A stretch of DNA of 62,584 nt, the filler included, from Nemertoderma westbladi (Eukaryota > Animalia > Xenacoelomorpha), in assembly GCA_032718475.1 (NCBI GenBank). It is 3 parts of 3 records of this genome, joined end to end, with 100 filler letters (N's around TTAATTAATTAA, not from the genome) between each part and the next. Parts side by side here need not be neighbours in the genome. Positions count along the whole stretch, not along the records: positions 1 to 21,987 come from JAUCBJ010006260.1; 2 more parts are not named here. The stretch is one strand, 5' to 3'. Under the pieces are notes generated by a model. The model saw nothing but the letters and a program-made list of their open reading frames with translations. It was not told the DNA's origin and did no database searches. Shown piece by piece: positions 1 through 12,936 of this stretch. A program made the translations under genes and the position numbers. The stretch's first letter is position 1; each line of letters starts with the position of its first letter.

Positions 1-675
1 TTACGTATAGGACACTAAAACAAATAATTCTAATTTACCTAAGTTACTTAATACTACAAATTACGTACAATTCGGGTGAGATTACAATCTCTAAATAAAC
101 ACAAAAATTTACAAAAACACAAAATACGAATTTCAGGGTAATTTTACAAGAAGTCTACAAACCAGCCTAACAAAGGGTTAGAAAACCGGTTATTACAACG
201 GACAGGGTACTACGGTATTTGAAATAATAAGTAGTAGTAAATACACTGCGTTGTCTAGATAGGAAAATACCACCGCCTGACGACCTATAGCCGTATCGCT
301 ATAGGTTCTACGTTATGTATCACGGAGTGTTCCTACCTAGAAGTTAATAGAGCTAATCGAATGTGCCTATCAACCACTTTACAACACAAATATAATGCCT
401 ACACTTACTTTCGGAAAGCACTGTACACTAAACCCTAAATTAGGTACGAGTACTTGTACAACAGATAATCAGTAGTTAAATATACTTGAACAGCTAAAAG
501 AACCACGGCATCTGCTGGAGTGACCGATGCACAAAATCACCAGTCTTTACCTACGCCGAGCAGCCCGTGTAGTACCGGGGTTAATTTAACTATAGCGGTA
601 TGTATAACAAACACAATTACTGTAGGAACAAACTTGGGGACTTGAATGTTGCGAATAATCGCATAAACTCTGAAT

Positions 676-1245
676 AATAAATATTACGCTACGCGTACAA
701 ACTACTCAAACAAAATACAGACCGAACACTGACAGACTACTATCAAGCCTAAACAAACTACGGTATATGCAGACTCCGAAATGATTAGGGAGTATGCGCT
801 CTAACCCAGTAGTGCGACTTATTCTTTAGTCGGGGGTTTACCTTACAGCGTTCGCTGCCCCTACTGCCTAATCGTACTTAATCGGACAGATGATCTACAC
901 ACGCGGCAATCCGTTCAGACTTAATAACAGCCAGACAACTATCCAGCCTACAAATTATTTAAATAAAATTATACGCTACCCGTACAGACTTACACAAACA
1001 AAGTACAGACTAAACGATGGCAGACTACTCTCAAGCCTAAATAAACCACAGGACATGCAGACTCCGAAATGATTAGGGAGTATGCGCTCTAACCCAGTAG
1101 TGCGACTTATTCTTTAGTTGGGGGTTTACCTTACCGCATTGGCTGCCCCTACTTCCTAACCGTACTTAATCGGACAAGTGCTCTACACACACTGTAATCC
1201 GTTCAGACTTAATAACAGCCAGACAACAGCTCAGCCTACAAATTG
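676..1245. repeat. Two tandem copies of a ~288-bp unit with extensive internal complementarity
   Basis: ATGATTAGGGAGTATGCGCTCTAACCCAGTAGTGCGACTTATTCTTTAG at 781 and 1069; similarity extends about 100 bp upstream and 175 bp downstream of these positions. Confidence 0.85.
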
Positions 1246-3649
1246 TCTGTACAATCTGATCAGGTTTACACGCCTTCTGTTCAATACTGGCCTACAAACA
1301 AATAAAACTTGACAGAAATAAGTAAAAATCTCAATAAAAAACCAGGGCTGCAGTCCCTGATTAATTATTAAGGCCTACTGGTATATAATAATCAAAATCG
1401 AATAATACTGCTGTAGGTACCGGTCCGGATGATCAGGCAGTCAGGCCTACTGGTTACCGGTCGACCGGTACTTTCGACTTTATTGCTTACTGCAATAAAG
1501 AAGCTATATCCTTTAATGTTCGCGCTTTCAGACCTTTGGCAGTTTAACCCACCAAATTAAGATGTCTTCTAGATATTAAATCAGTTTTTAGTCTTTGACA
1601 AGTATTTGATTCACTACACTAGTCGAAACCAATCCGTGCGCGACCATTCACCTGCTGGATATTCCCGGGAGATTGGGTTCGACGGTTTAATTTTATTGCT
1701 ATGTAAGCCTAATGTATTATTCGACTGACAGTATTATATAATCTCTGACAATATTATTCACCTTCGGTAATATTAACAGTTCCTTTAGGACGTGGCGCTT
1801 TATCTATATAAACAGAGTTATGACTTAAACTACTCACAACGATATGGCTTAATTATAATTCACATATATGGCGCATTCTTTAGGAATTGCTTCTTTAACA
1901 GACTCACTCATACACAATGCTGCACAATACTGCACACTAATCTGCCAATCTTCACTGATTTTAGTCACATATAAAAGGAACACAGACTGACTCATGTAGG
2001 GTCTATCAAATAACATTAGATTCACTTCAAACCACTTTAACATAAGTCACAATCGTTTATCTGTAACCCTTCTCTCTTACCTTCGGTATATCAAGAATAT
2101 TGGGTTTCGGGGTTGTTTATCGTTATTCCAAATATAATAATTCATCAACCATATTATGAAGAACTGACGGTAAATAGCAGTATAAAACAACAACTGAACA
2201 CTGATTGTTACGAGTTTGCAATGTTTCAGCAGTCAGGATGTATGATCCGTCAGCAGTAGTCTTTAGGTATGCCCATATGTCAGTTAAAGGATATATGCCC
2301 TTTATAATTAAACCTACTAGTGTAAGACTAAAAACAGTAAGGCACAAAATACTTCCAAGCCGTTCTTTCTTAGGCTCAGGACTGAATGTAAACACTGCAC
2401 ATAGGCATTGCGTCATTTCTCGGAAATTTTCTGTACAAGGAGCCACAAAAACGCTCTAATTGGCTGACTGAACTGAGAGACGCCGTAGAACAAAGGAAAT
2501 CAACACGTATGAATGTCAGCTGTTAACCGTAGTCATAGTAACTACTGTTCAAGAGTAGCTATCACCCCTTTGCGTCACGAATTGCCATAGAATCATAAAA
2601 TATGCCTTTCACAGTACACATACGGAGGAAATAGGTCTTAGATCCTCTAAAAACACCGATACAGCAATAATACGGTCTCTTACACTTATTAAATCAACTA
2701 CAGAGTATTTTAATGTAAAAGATAATAAAAATAACGGGGCAATTCAGCAAAGGCTTTTACAGATATAATTCACGATAAGGGTGAAGTGAGTGTGGTAGTA
2801 GAAGAAGGCGAATTGGTTCTTTCAGAGAAGTTGCTGAAGCGCTGGTTATTTGGGTCGGAGCATCCTCTTACTATACCAGGGATGAATATTGTGTTCAAAG
2901 ACTGTGAAGATGCTAATTGTAAATGTCTAATTATTTATTCGACATGCGCTATGCAAATGCTAGTTCCTCGGCATGTTTCTAACCAACAAGATTGTAACAA
3001 ACTGATTATTAAGACAGTTTTCTGTTCAGGCTTGGCATTTGGAACAATATAATATTATAATCATATACTGTAACTTAGTAACTTAGTCGTTCATATTCAG
3101 TACCTTTCGATATTAACTGTATAGTATTTGTGTCACGTTTAATACCGGTACTTTTAACCCAGTGTTGATAGTTTGTTGCTGTGTGTTTGTTGTGTTTTCT
3201 TTAAGTTCGCTTTATTATAAATATTGTGGGTCAGACTGTGACCGTCTGTCGGCGTTTACATTTTATAGACCTACAAATAATATATAATAAATTATTTATA
3301 TATATATATTTTTTTTATATAAGTTTAAATTAAGTAAAGAAAGTTAGGGAATATGACTGTAGGGTGTGAGATCAAGTTGTTTTAGTATAATAATATTTTA
3401 AGATTTCAAAAAGTGACAACTTATATGATCAATCACTAAAAATTTATTTTTTTATTATTATTAGCTTTCGATAGTTCTCTCTATCTTTTTCAAATAAACG
3501 ATATTCTAGAATTAATGCACTACAAATAAAGCACTATATTATAATATAGTGCTAATATATTATAATATAGTTATATAATAATGCACTATATTTTTTTATA
3601 TATATATAAATAAATTATAAATGATTTATTTAAGGCCATATCTTTAAGC

Positions 3650-3805
3650 ACATATTTTCGATCCCTCCGGTGTTTTGTGTTTTGCGTTCACCGATCACTT
3701 TTATTCTATTCTACGAACGAGAGACCTACCGACCGACAGACAGACACACGGTTGAAATAATGGCTCTGCATGCTAAAGCTCCTAACTTCGTGGCTCGCCC
3801 CACAA
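3650..3805 (-). mobile_element. Helentron/HINE (DINE-1-like) non-autonomous element end fragment
   Basis: Minus strand reads TTGTGGGGCGAGCCACGAAG..GAGCTTTAGCATGCAG..CGTGTG(TCTG)n, matching the element start at 48480 and 46985. Confidence 0.5.
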
Positions 3806-3967
3806 ATGCAAATACAGCCATAACGTTGCAGTAAAGTATATTTTAAAGTTAAATGTTTTTAATAACATAATATTAATGGTGAGAATCACAAATCATATGC
3901 AACAAGTTTCTACACTGCAAATATAACTCTATGCCAAAATTATCACTAAACACAGTAGGATCAGGTA

Positions 3968-4258
3968 CTACTGTACTTCCGAAAGCTGCTGTAATATTAG
4001 ATCGGGTGATTCTTGCAGCGTAATATCGAATACTTCTACGACTGACTCATTCTCCTCTACAATAGGCCCCTGCCAATCTATGCCATATAACTCATTAAAG
4101 TAAGTCTGTGTTGCCGTTATCCCAACACCAGGGGGGAAAAACGCCGATGCTGGAGACGTGACTTTACAGACCACTGAGCCCCGGCCAGTCACCGGATATT
4201 GATTTTGGAGAAGGAATGATTTCTGAGATGCAGGGTTGCGGTTGAGAAAAAGCTGCAT
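3968..4258 (-). pseudogene. Possible degraded integrase-core (IS3EU-like) transposase fragment
   Basis: ORF carries TGRGSVV and YGIDWQGP..EE...VEV.....LQQL, which I recall from animal integrase-core transposases; the catalytic region is absent. Recognition from memory only. Confidence 0.35.
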
Positions 4259-4315
4259 TAGTTGGATATACTCTTTAATGTAACTGAACTCTGTTGAACC
4301 TGGTCAACAATATTG

Positions 4316-5070
4316 TCGAGAACCAGTACGGCTTGGCTAGGAGTCTGTCGTGTCGGTGGACCCGTTCGCGTGTCCGTTCCACCCCTCACGAACCCCGAAG
4401 GGTTCGATCATTGAGAACCAGAACGGCTTGGCTAGGGGTCCGTCGGTTCATCGCAGAAACCCAACCACCTAGGCTTTCCGAGTCCCTTTCAGGCTCGTAG
4501 TCGCTTCGGCAGCCGAGAAACTGTTCCGAACAGTCGGTAGGCCAGTAGAGTCTAGTCCTTTGTCTTTCGACCCCGTCGCGTGTCCGTTCCACCCCTCACG
4601 AACCCCGAAGGGAACGATCATCGAGAACCAGTACGGCTTGGCTAAGGGGTCTGTCGTCGGTTCCCGTCGCAGATCCCGGTACAAGCAGTCAGCGTTCCGA
4701 GTTCTTTTCAGTCTCGTAATAGCTGCCGTTGACCAGAGACCGCGAAGGGCAGTCCTCGTCGAACCCGTCCTGCGGCCAGCCCTTTCGCATGTCCGTCCCA
4801 CCCCTCGCGAACCCCGAAGGGATCGGTCATCGAGAACCAGTACGGCTTAGCTCAGGGGGCAGTCGTTAGTCGGCCACCCGTTCACGTGTCCGCTCCACCC
4901 CTCACGAACCCCGAAGGGTTCGATCATCGAGAACCAGAACGGCTTGGCTACTAAGGGGCTGTCGTTTCCCGTCGCAAATCCCTGACACAAGCAGTCAGCT
5001 TGTGTCCGAGTTCTTTTCAGTCTCGTAATGGCTGCTGTTGGCCAGGGACCGCTAAGGGCAGTCCTTGTCC
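4316..5070 (-). repeat. GC-rich modular repeat (module A x4 plus one partial, module B x3) with predicted RNA structure
   Basis: Module A (~69 bp) at 4367, 4577, 4786, 4883 and partial 4316-4340; module B core CCGAGTYCTTT(T)CAGKCTCGTA at about 4478, 4697, 5006. Confidence 0.85.
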
Positions 5071-5564
5071 TTTAGGCCTGGCGCATTACCAAATCCACCC
5101 CTACAGGCAGCAGGAAGTTGGCCAGGGCCTAATAGTACTCAGGCTAACCTGAATACTGCTTGCATTTTCCATCCCCCCCTGGCCCTTATAACTATGAAAT
5201 TATTCCCGTACCCTGTAAGTTGCCCCAGAGTTCGCCCATAAATCGCCCCCAGTTTATTGAATGTGCCCAAAACCCATGGTCCCGCACCCAGTAGTAATAT
5301 CGGAATAATCAATTTTAATAAAATACAAAAATATTCAACTCGCGTTATGGAAAGTTGAAATACCGCGAACAGTCTGTATCATCATTCAGCAGGTCATCCG
5401 GATATCGAAGACGACTTGATGCGTTGATTATGCACGCTTTTGCCTGCAATATAACTTCCACGTCCGGCTCCGCGAGAACTGATCATATATTCTGCAATTT
5501 TACGATTTTCTCCTCCCTTATCGCCCCTCACGCGTGAAGGGGTTAAAGTATTAATAATTAAGTA

Positions 5565-6270
5565 TTACTGAAAGATAATCACTGAAAGATAAATACGTTA
5601 CTGAAAGATAATTAAGTATTACTGAAAGATAATCCAGTAAATACTGAAAGATAATTCAGTAAATACTGAAAGATAATTCAGTAAATACTGAAAGATAATT
5701 CAGTAAATACTGAAAGATAATTCAGTAAATACTGAAAGATAATTCAGTAAATACTGAAAGATAATTCAGTAAATACTGAAAGATAATTCAGTAAATACTG
5801 AAAGATAATCACTGAAAGATAAATACGTTACTGAAAGATAATTAAGTATTACTGAAAGATAATCACTGAAAGATAAATACGTTACTGAAAGATAATTAAG
5901 TATTACTGAAAGATAATCCAGTAAATACTGAAAGATAATTCAGTAAATACTGAAAGATAATTCAGTAAATACTGAAAGATAATCCAGTAAATACTGAAAG
6001 ATAATTCAGTAAGTACTGAAAGATAATTCAGTAAATACTGAAAGATAATTCAGTAAATACTGAAGATAATTCAGTAAATACTGAAAGATAATTCAGTAAA
6101 TACTGAAAGATAATTCAGTAAATACTGAAAGATAATTCAGTAAATAGTGAAAGATAATTCAGTATTACTGAACGATAATTTATTAATTACTAAAAGATAT
6201 TGTAGAACACTGAAAGATATTAATTATTACTGAATGTAAATTTATACTGAATAAAAAATATTAAAACACT
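5565..6270. repeat. 22-bp minisatellite ACTGAAAGATAATTCAGTAAAT (~30 copies, degenerate edges)
   Basis: 22-bp periodicity (5643, 5665...); each unit has an internal inverted repeat ACTGAA/TTCAGT. Confidence 0.95.
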
Positions 6271-7054
6271 GAATATTGACCCTAAAGAGACGCCATATTC
6301 AAGTTACTGTACATCTTATGCATACAGAAAATGGTATTTAATAAAACATCATCAGAGCTTGGTAATTTTTTTCCGCACCTTGGTTATCTCCATGTGCATG
6401 TAGGCCTACCTACAGTAAGATGTCGGGGTAGATGTAGGCCCTACTGTATGTCCGGATGACCGCAATCCGCCAAAATAGTTAAAAGGAGCCCTTTTTCCCT
6501 GTTCCTAGGGAAAAGAGTAAATCCATAAGATTTCAATTTACATTTTTCCAGGTGAAAAAAGATCAATAAAATATTTTTCGTGTAATTTCTTAAAATTTTA
6601 TTACAATTTTGTCTTGAAAGATCAACGAAGTAGAAAAGGTTCGCAAGATATTTTAACAAAATTGATTCAAATTTATGTGCATCACCAATGTGTAATGCTA
6701 TATTTTTTGCTTTGTCTGCTGACTACAGTATATGTATCTTATTGTCGAGCCGGCGCCTTTGGCAATATAGGGGCTAATCACAGATTACGTAGGCCTAATG
6801 CCAAAAGCCAATTTATCACCCCCTCCCATTGTACCGCAACACATACAGTATAGTAACATTTTTGTTCAACCCCTTAATATAGTAACGTAAAGCTAGTTTA
6901 TGTATAAGACATAATGTATAGCTACAATAAGTCTACAGTCTAAAACAATTTTAGAAGGCTAAGTACTACTTTATTTTAGATAAAATAATAAAATAATTAT
7001 TAATACTGTAGTTATTTAATAATTAATTCCTATTAATTCGTATTGAAACTAGCC

Positions 7055-7326
7055 CATGTGAAGAATACCAGACTTTCTGCCGTTATATTTCACTTTGCAA
7101 TTACCCCCATGTGTAGAATAACAGGTTTTCACCAAAAACACAGGTTACAGAAGGGCTGAATCTAACCAAAACAATAAACGAATTACTATATACATGTTAT
7201 AAGACAGAAATAAGCGCTATAAAACACTTAATTAAGATAAATTAAAAAAAAATTAAAAATCTTCATATATAAAATTCCATTAAAAAGTCGACCGAAAAGT
7301 GAAATCCTGGTATTCTTCACATGGCC
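7055..7326. mobile_element. Small MITE-like element
   Basis: CATGTGAAGAATACCAG near 7057 with its reverse complement near 7307-7323; no clear TSD. Confidence 0.45.
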
Positions 7327-8125
7327 GTTGAAACTTTTAGTAAATTGCAAAATTGTATTTTCTGATATATTTGTATTATTTTCGAGCGTTAGAGCGTTAC
7401 GTAATATGTGAACAGCTCCGTAGTTTTCACCATTATTGTGTATAACACAACAATCCAATCCCCCACAACTCCACTAACTGCCGATGCCATCCACTCAATT
7501 GATAACCAATGTAAACGTAAAGGATGATGCAATCAATAATCCTACATGAAACCTTCTAACATTCTACAGTACCGGTACCGCAACCGTAACTATCATTTGA
7601 TATTGGAATTGAGACGTTTTTATTTGCGTTTTTATTATACTTCTGGGTATGAAACCCTATTCTATTTAAACTGTAAATAAACTTAGCCTTAGTGATGACT
7701 AGTAAGGTACCAGCTGATTAAAACATAGTTACATAATTCCTGACTGCTAGGAGACCAGCTGTGACTTTGTTTACAAATAACTTCAGAACTTACTGACTTA
7801 CTACTGTACTACAGTCTGACAGTACAGCAGTGTACACATAGCAGCATAGAGCAGTAGAGAGGTTCGTCAGCACGTAGGCTCTGGGCTCCTGCCTAACATA
7901 CCCAGCTCTGCAGCTAGGACTACCGCAGTACCGGTACGGTCAGACGGTACCGTAATAATCGTTCGCAGAACTTTATGTACCGCGTACCGTTAGTGCAGTA
8001 GTGGGTAGTGGGCCAAATCCTGTAATCTGTGGCCTGCCCTGCAGGCTGCAGCGTTACAGGCAGGCAGGACTGCAGGATGGCCCCTGCCCCTGGTAGCCCA
8101 GTAGCCCTGTAGCCAGAAGGTGACA

Positions 8126-8646
8126 GACCGAACGTAATCAGGCTGTCAGGATCGAATGTAACATAGTTTTTACGAATCGAACGTAACCGCAACTATGTTA
8201 CATTGGATCCTATAACTATGTCTGTATGTTACATTTCAGCATTTGATCTACAAAATACTAAGCCCGAATGTATGATGTAACATATATTTATTTCAGTTTT
8301 GTTTTGATTTCAGGAGTTAACCGATGAAATAGAAACAGAAAATAGAAACCGTAGAAACAGTTTGGTGAGTACAAAACAGAGACCCAGGACCCGATTAAGT
8401 AGGCCTAACCTGCATAATCTTGCAACATGTGTTAACTTTCGTTTATTGTTTTGGTTCCCCCAACACGCAAAGTTTAAAAACTTAAATGGCAAAGTTACAT
8501 TCGGGCTTCAGGGCTTAGTAATTTGTAGATCGAATGTAATGTAACATAATTATAGGATCCAATGTCTGAATGTAACATAATTGTATAAATGTGTTACGTT
8601 CGATATGTAATAACTATGTTACATTCGATCCTGATTACGTTCGGTC
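8126..8646. mobile_element. Foldback MITE with ~160-bp imperfect inverted arms
   Basis: GACCGAACGTAATCAGG at 8126 vs CCTGATTACGTTCGGTC ending 8646; arms contain repeated CGAATGTAAC/GTTACATTCG motifs. Confidence 0.7.
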
Positions 8647-9289
8647 ATGTATCCGGCAGTGGCCAGTGCAATACAGGAATACAGCAATAGTGTAATGGGC
8701 GGCTTATCTGCTTTAGCCTCAACCCCCCTCCCTCGAGTCGACTACTCTGTACTCACTACCTGACTGCAGTACTACAGTCATACAGTACTGTACTAGAACA
8801 AGTGGAAACGTACCCTGGTTAAAACTTAGCCGAACAAAAACGTACCCGAATACTGGGTACGTTTTAACAATGATGCACGGGGTACGTTTTGCGGTTTTGG
8901 TAGTACAAAAATAAATACCGGTAGAAAAAATAAACTGTATCCTGTGCTATTGCAGTATTGTCTCTTGTTTAGGCCTATTGTTTTGGTTACATTAATTCGT
9001 TACTGTAACCTGCTCATTTCCCTTTAAATCTCCGGAACTAACGCTATTGATTGGTTGTAGGAAGTTTTGTTAGGATGACTATAATGTCTTGTGGGTCCCT
9101 AAGTTAAAACCTACCCGAAATATGGGTACGTTATTGATCGGGAACGTTTTAACTAAGGTACGTTTTGACCTGTAACCTACTGTACGAGTCCTCTAGTCTA
9201 CTACTGACAGACTGACTACAGGCAGACAGGACAACTACAGTACACACAGACTGCAAAAGAAAACGGTATCTGAAGTTTTGTTGCTTAAT

Positions 9290-10451
9290 CGGACAAGTAA
9301 GAATATTGATATTGTGTACCGGTATATTGATTTTGCAAAAGCTTTTGATTCGGTGGTGCACTCTAAGCTATTGGCAGATTGGCAAAACTGTCTTCATATG
9401 GTATCTGCGGCAATTTAGTAGGTTGGATTGGTGCTTTTTTGGCTAACAGAACTCAACGAATGGTGGTTGTTAATTGTTTTTCTAAAATTTGCAAGGTTAC
9501 TTCAGGCACTCCCCAAGGTAGTGTTATGGGACCTGTCCTGTTTCTGATTTTTATAAACGACCTTCCGGTGCTATTAGACTCTGTTACAGTTAAACTATTC
9601 GCTGATGACGTTAAACTATATTCTCCAGTTGTCGCTAATTGCAGTAAGGCTAATCATATTTCACAATCGCTTAACACGTTAGGTAACTGGGCTATCAGTT
9701 GGCAGTTAGGAGTGGCTGCCCATAAGTGCTCAGTTATACACATTGGTATTACAAATCCTTTGTTAACTTATGCACTCAATGATAAGCCGATTAAATCAGT
9801 TTCTCATTGTTCTTTCTCATCATTCATTGTTCATTCTCATTCTCATCAGATTTAGGTATTACTGTGTGCGACAACCTTAATTTCGATAAATATTGTCGTG
9901 CTTATAAAATCTCTAACATGATTTTTCGCTGTTTCTATTCGAACAACGAAAAAGGCATTGCTTTTATCCTACAGGGCATATGTTAGGCCTTTGCTAGAAG
10001 AGTATTGTACTCATATTTGGTCGCCGTTCACGATGGGTAGTATCGACCTCATTGAAGGTGTGCAACGTTATTATACGAGACGTCTTTATCTTCGGTGCAA
10101 TCTAGGTAGGACTAGTTATTACGAACGATTGGAGCATTTTAAGTTACAACCAAACTGTAGCCATATAATTTCTGATCAAAAAATGGTTTTTACAATTTTA
10201 CACGGTCGGATAGATTTAGCCTTTGATGATTTTTTCTCTTATCCAGTGCGTAGAGGATTGAGAGGACACAACCACAAGCTATTGGTTAACTACAGTAGAT
10301 TTCGAAATTTTCTTTTGACAATCGCGCGATTTCAATATGGAATGCATTAGACACCACAGTAGTAGATTCAGAGAACTTACTCTCCTTTCCACGTAAATTA
10401 CTCGATGTTGATTTGCTGCGTTTTTGCAAATTTGATAGAAACTTGGCGTGA
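9290..10451 (+). pseudogene. 5'-truncated CR1-clade LINE ORF2 (reverse transcriptase), frameshifted
   Basis: IDFAKAFDSV, SGTPQGSVMGPVLFLIFINDL, KLFADDVKLY (RT motifs), then YVRPLLE.C..WSP, IEGVQR and RGHNHKL typical of the CR1 C-terminus; several frameshifts. Confidence 0.9.
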
Positions 10452-10627
10452 TCCTTTTTTATCTATTTTTTAATTAATTATTATTTATTTCTTTTTAATT
10501 CAGATTCGTCATAGTAATTAATTGGTTTTTAGTACGGATTCTGCTTCACTACTGATTCATTAGTTTTTATTCGTTTTAATATTTTTTTGTAAATAGATAT
10601 AATCAATGTTCCTTGCTTTATAGTGTA

Positions 10628-10896
10628 CTAGCAGGCTATACCCGAGGCATGTTACCCGGTATTTCCCGCTACCGGCATAGGCCTACTGGTGTACTGGTAC
10701 CGGTATAGGCCTACTGACGTACCGGTACCCAGTACCGCTACCGAACGTAAATTAAACTTTTCGAAAAGTGGCCTATAACGACCGCTGGTTAATGTTATAC
10801 ACACATGCCAAGTTCCAGCGCAATCCCTCTGCCCGTTTTGGAGGAGTTCGAACACAGAGAGAGAGAGAGAGAGAATTTGATTTTTATAGGTATAGA
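10628..10896 (-). mobile_element. Non-autonomous Helitron
   Basis: Minus strand begins A|TC and ends CTAG|T, with an imperfect GC-rich hairpin near the 3' end, an internal (GA)n tract and no TSD. Confidence 0.65.
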
Positions 10897-11134
10897 TTAG
10901 CTCTCGATAATTATTGTTCATACCTTATTTTATATTAATAAAGTTTCATCATTCTGGATTTTTAGTGTATGGCCCCCCCATAAGTGCAGTTAAAGCCTGG
11001 ACGGTCTTCTCCCCTTTTAAAATTACTTCTAATTTAGTGCATGCATAATTTATTATATTTATCGCATTAATGTTTATTTTACCATGGTCTGAGTGTTAAT
11101 AGAGTGTTAAATGCAGTAGTTTAAAATTTATAAC

Positions 11135-11223
11135 TAGAGCTCAACAGAAGCTTCGGTTCGGTTCGGCCCGAAGTTTGCCCTGCTTCGGTTTCGGCCCCAT
11201 AAAGTGCCTTTTGTTGAACCCTA
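11135..11223. mobile_element. 89-bp hAT-like mini element
   Basis: TAGAGCTCAACAGAAG ... TTTGTTGAACCCTA imperfect TIRs; 8-bp TSD TTTATAAC at 11127-11134 and 11224-11231. Confidence 0.8.
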
Positions 11224-11423
11224 TTTATAACTGTAAAAAAATTTAATATTTTGGATGTAATTTTAATTAGAGAAGGAAACCAGGAAACCTGTCGATATAG
11301 CATATATTGCGGGTAGGGTAGGTGCATTCTTCTTATATACAATGTCACCCATCATAACAACTAGTTGCTATGGTAAGGTAACACAACTAACACGTTTCAT
11401 AACATTGACCATTCGAAAGTGCA

Positions 11424-11700
11424 TACTCGATACTCAATATAGGGAGGCAGACAGACAGACTCCATACTTAATATAGGGAGGCAGACAGACAGACTCGATA
11501 CTCAATATAGGGAGGCAGATAGACAGACTCGATACTCAATATAGGGAAGCAGACAGACAGACTCGATACATATAGGGAGGCAGACAGACAGACTCGATAC
11601 TTAATATAGGGAGGCAGATAGATAGACTCGATACTCAATATAGGGAGGCAGACAGACAGACTCGATACTCAATATAGGGAGGCAGACAGACAGATAGACA
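11424..11700. repeat. 34-bp minisatellite GACTCGATACTCAATATAGGGAGGCAGACAGACA (~8 copies)
   Basis: AGGGAGG at 11441, 11475, 11509... Confidence 0.95.
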
Positions 11701-12936
11701 TTACGTTTATTATATTATGTTTATTACATCAAGAATTTAGTCTGATAAACAATAAATTGAGGTAGGCCTAGTGCAAGAATGCAAGAGAGTTTATTTGGTT
11801 CTAATCTAATCTCTGTATGCTAATATAATCATCTGAGTTTCTGGCCCCTCCGACTTCCCATGTGCGTATCCGCATGTGGTATGGGACTATCTGGTTGAAA
11901 AAGTTACCATTTATCCCTAAATTGCAACCATGGACTGGACTATATTAAATCGCGATGGATTGGTAGTGGATAATAGGGAGGTTAGTAACCCAGCAGTAGG
12001 TAATAGTGGATAGTACGGAGGGAGGGGAGGTTCGTAACCCCAACCCAGCTGTCAATAGGAATTCAAGACAGTAAAATGTATTTTTAAAATTCCTCGTATT
12101 TAACATTACCGTAAACCGTAGCACTCCCACTATACGTGCGAAAATCGATTTACTTGCCCTAATACATCAATAATTTATGATACTAGGATGATTCTGTTAT
12201 TGTGGCCCCAACAACTGGACAGGCATCGTATCGTAGAGCAGATCCAACTGATGGCATAGACAATCACAATGAAGAGTCCGATGAACTGGTTAATGATACC
12301 GCGATGGAAGCTGAACCTCCCAACGAAATGGAAGGCGTTGTTAATCTTGTGGTTGAGTTTAGTGACGATAGTGACATTGAAGTAATCGACACATCGGAAT
12401 TCTCCAGTTATGGTCACTTAACTGACCACTCCGACGTTGCTGATCAATGCGGGGACGCTCACACAGAGACCGATGGAACCGATGTGTTGGGGACATCGTC
12501 TCAGTACACAATGTTAGCCGGGAACGAAACAATATCATATGATGATGGTTAGTTACCCGTTTGCTGGCTGATAGTTATCTGTTAAGCTGGATATAGATTG
12601 TGGGAGTCACATACAGCCATAATTTAGTGGGAGGCCATTGTTAACGCTAATGTTAAAATATTTTCCTGGCATTTTCACCTATAGTAGCAGTAGGCGTAAT
12701 TGCAGATTTTTGAGGATGTACTTTAATTAACTTTAACAGATATTGAAAGATACATAAAAAATAAGTTTTTAGTTTTTTAAAAGTTTTTATAATCTTCAGC
12801 ACAGACTGTGAAGGTTCATATTATTTACATATTATTCACTATTATAAACTTATTGCAAATATGAATGGCTTGGAGGTCCTAACGCACACCCTGTAAATTT
12901 TACTGATATGAGGGGGGGGGGGGGGGGGGGGCTTCA

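Noticed and set aside
1792-3052. Short ORFs that might be viral or TE relics
   Set aside because: No recognisable motifs; cannot be supported without a database search.
4367-4435. SECIS interpretation of module A (AUGA...GA)
   Set aside because: The helix above the GA pairs is only 7 bp and the loop is UUCG without the apical AA motif.
4660-4720. TPP-riboswitch resemblance of module B (CTGAAAAGAACTCGG...CTGA...GCGACGGGAA on minus strand)
   Set aside because: The invariant UGAGA and the P5/L5 region are missing, the 4478 copy does not keep the match, and TPP riboswitches are not established in animals.
4316-5070. CRISPR-like repeat/spacer appearance
   Set aside because: Repeats are ~69 bp, spacers are homologous to each other and uneven, there are no cas genes, and the context is eukaryotic.
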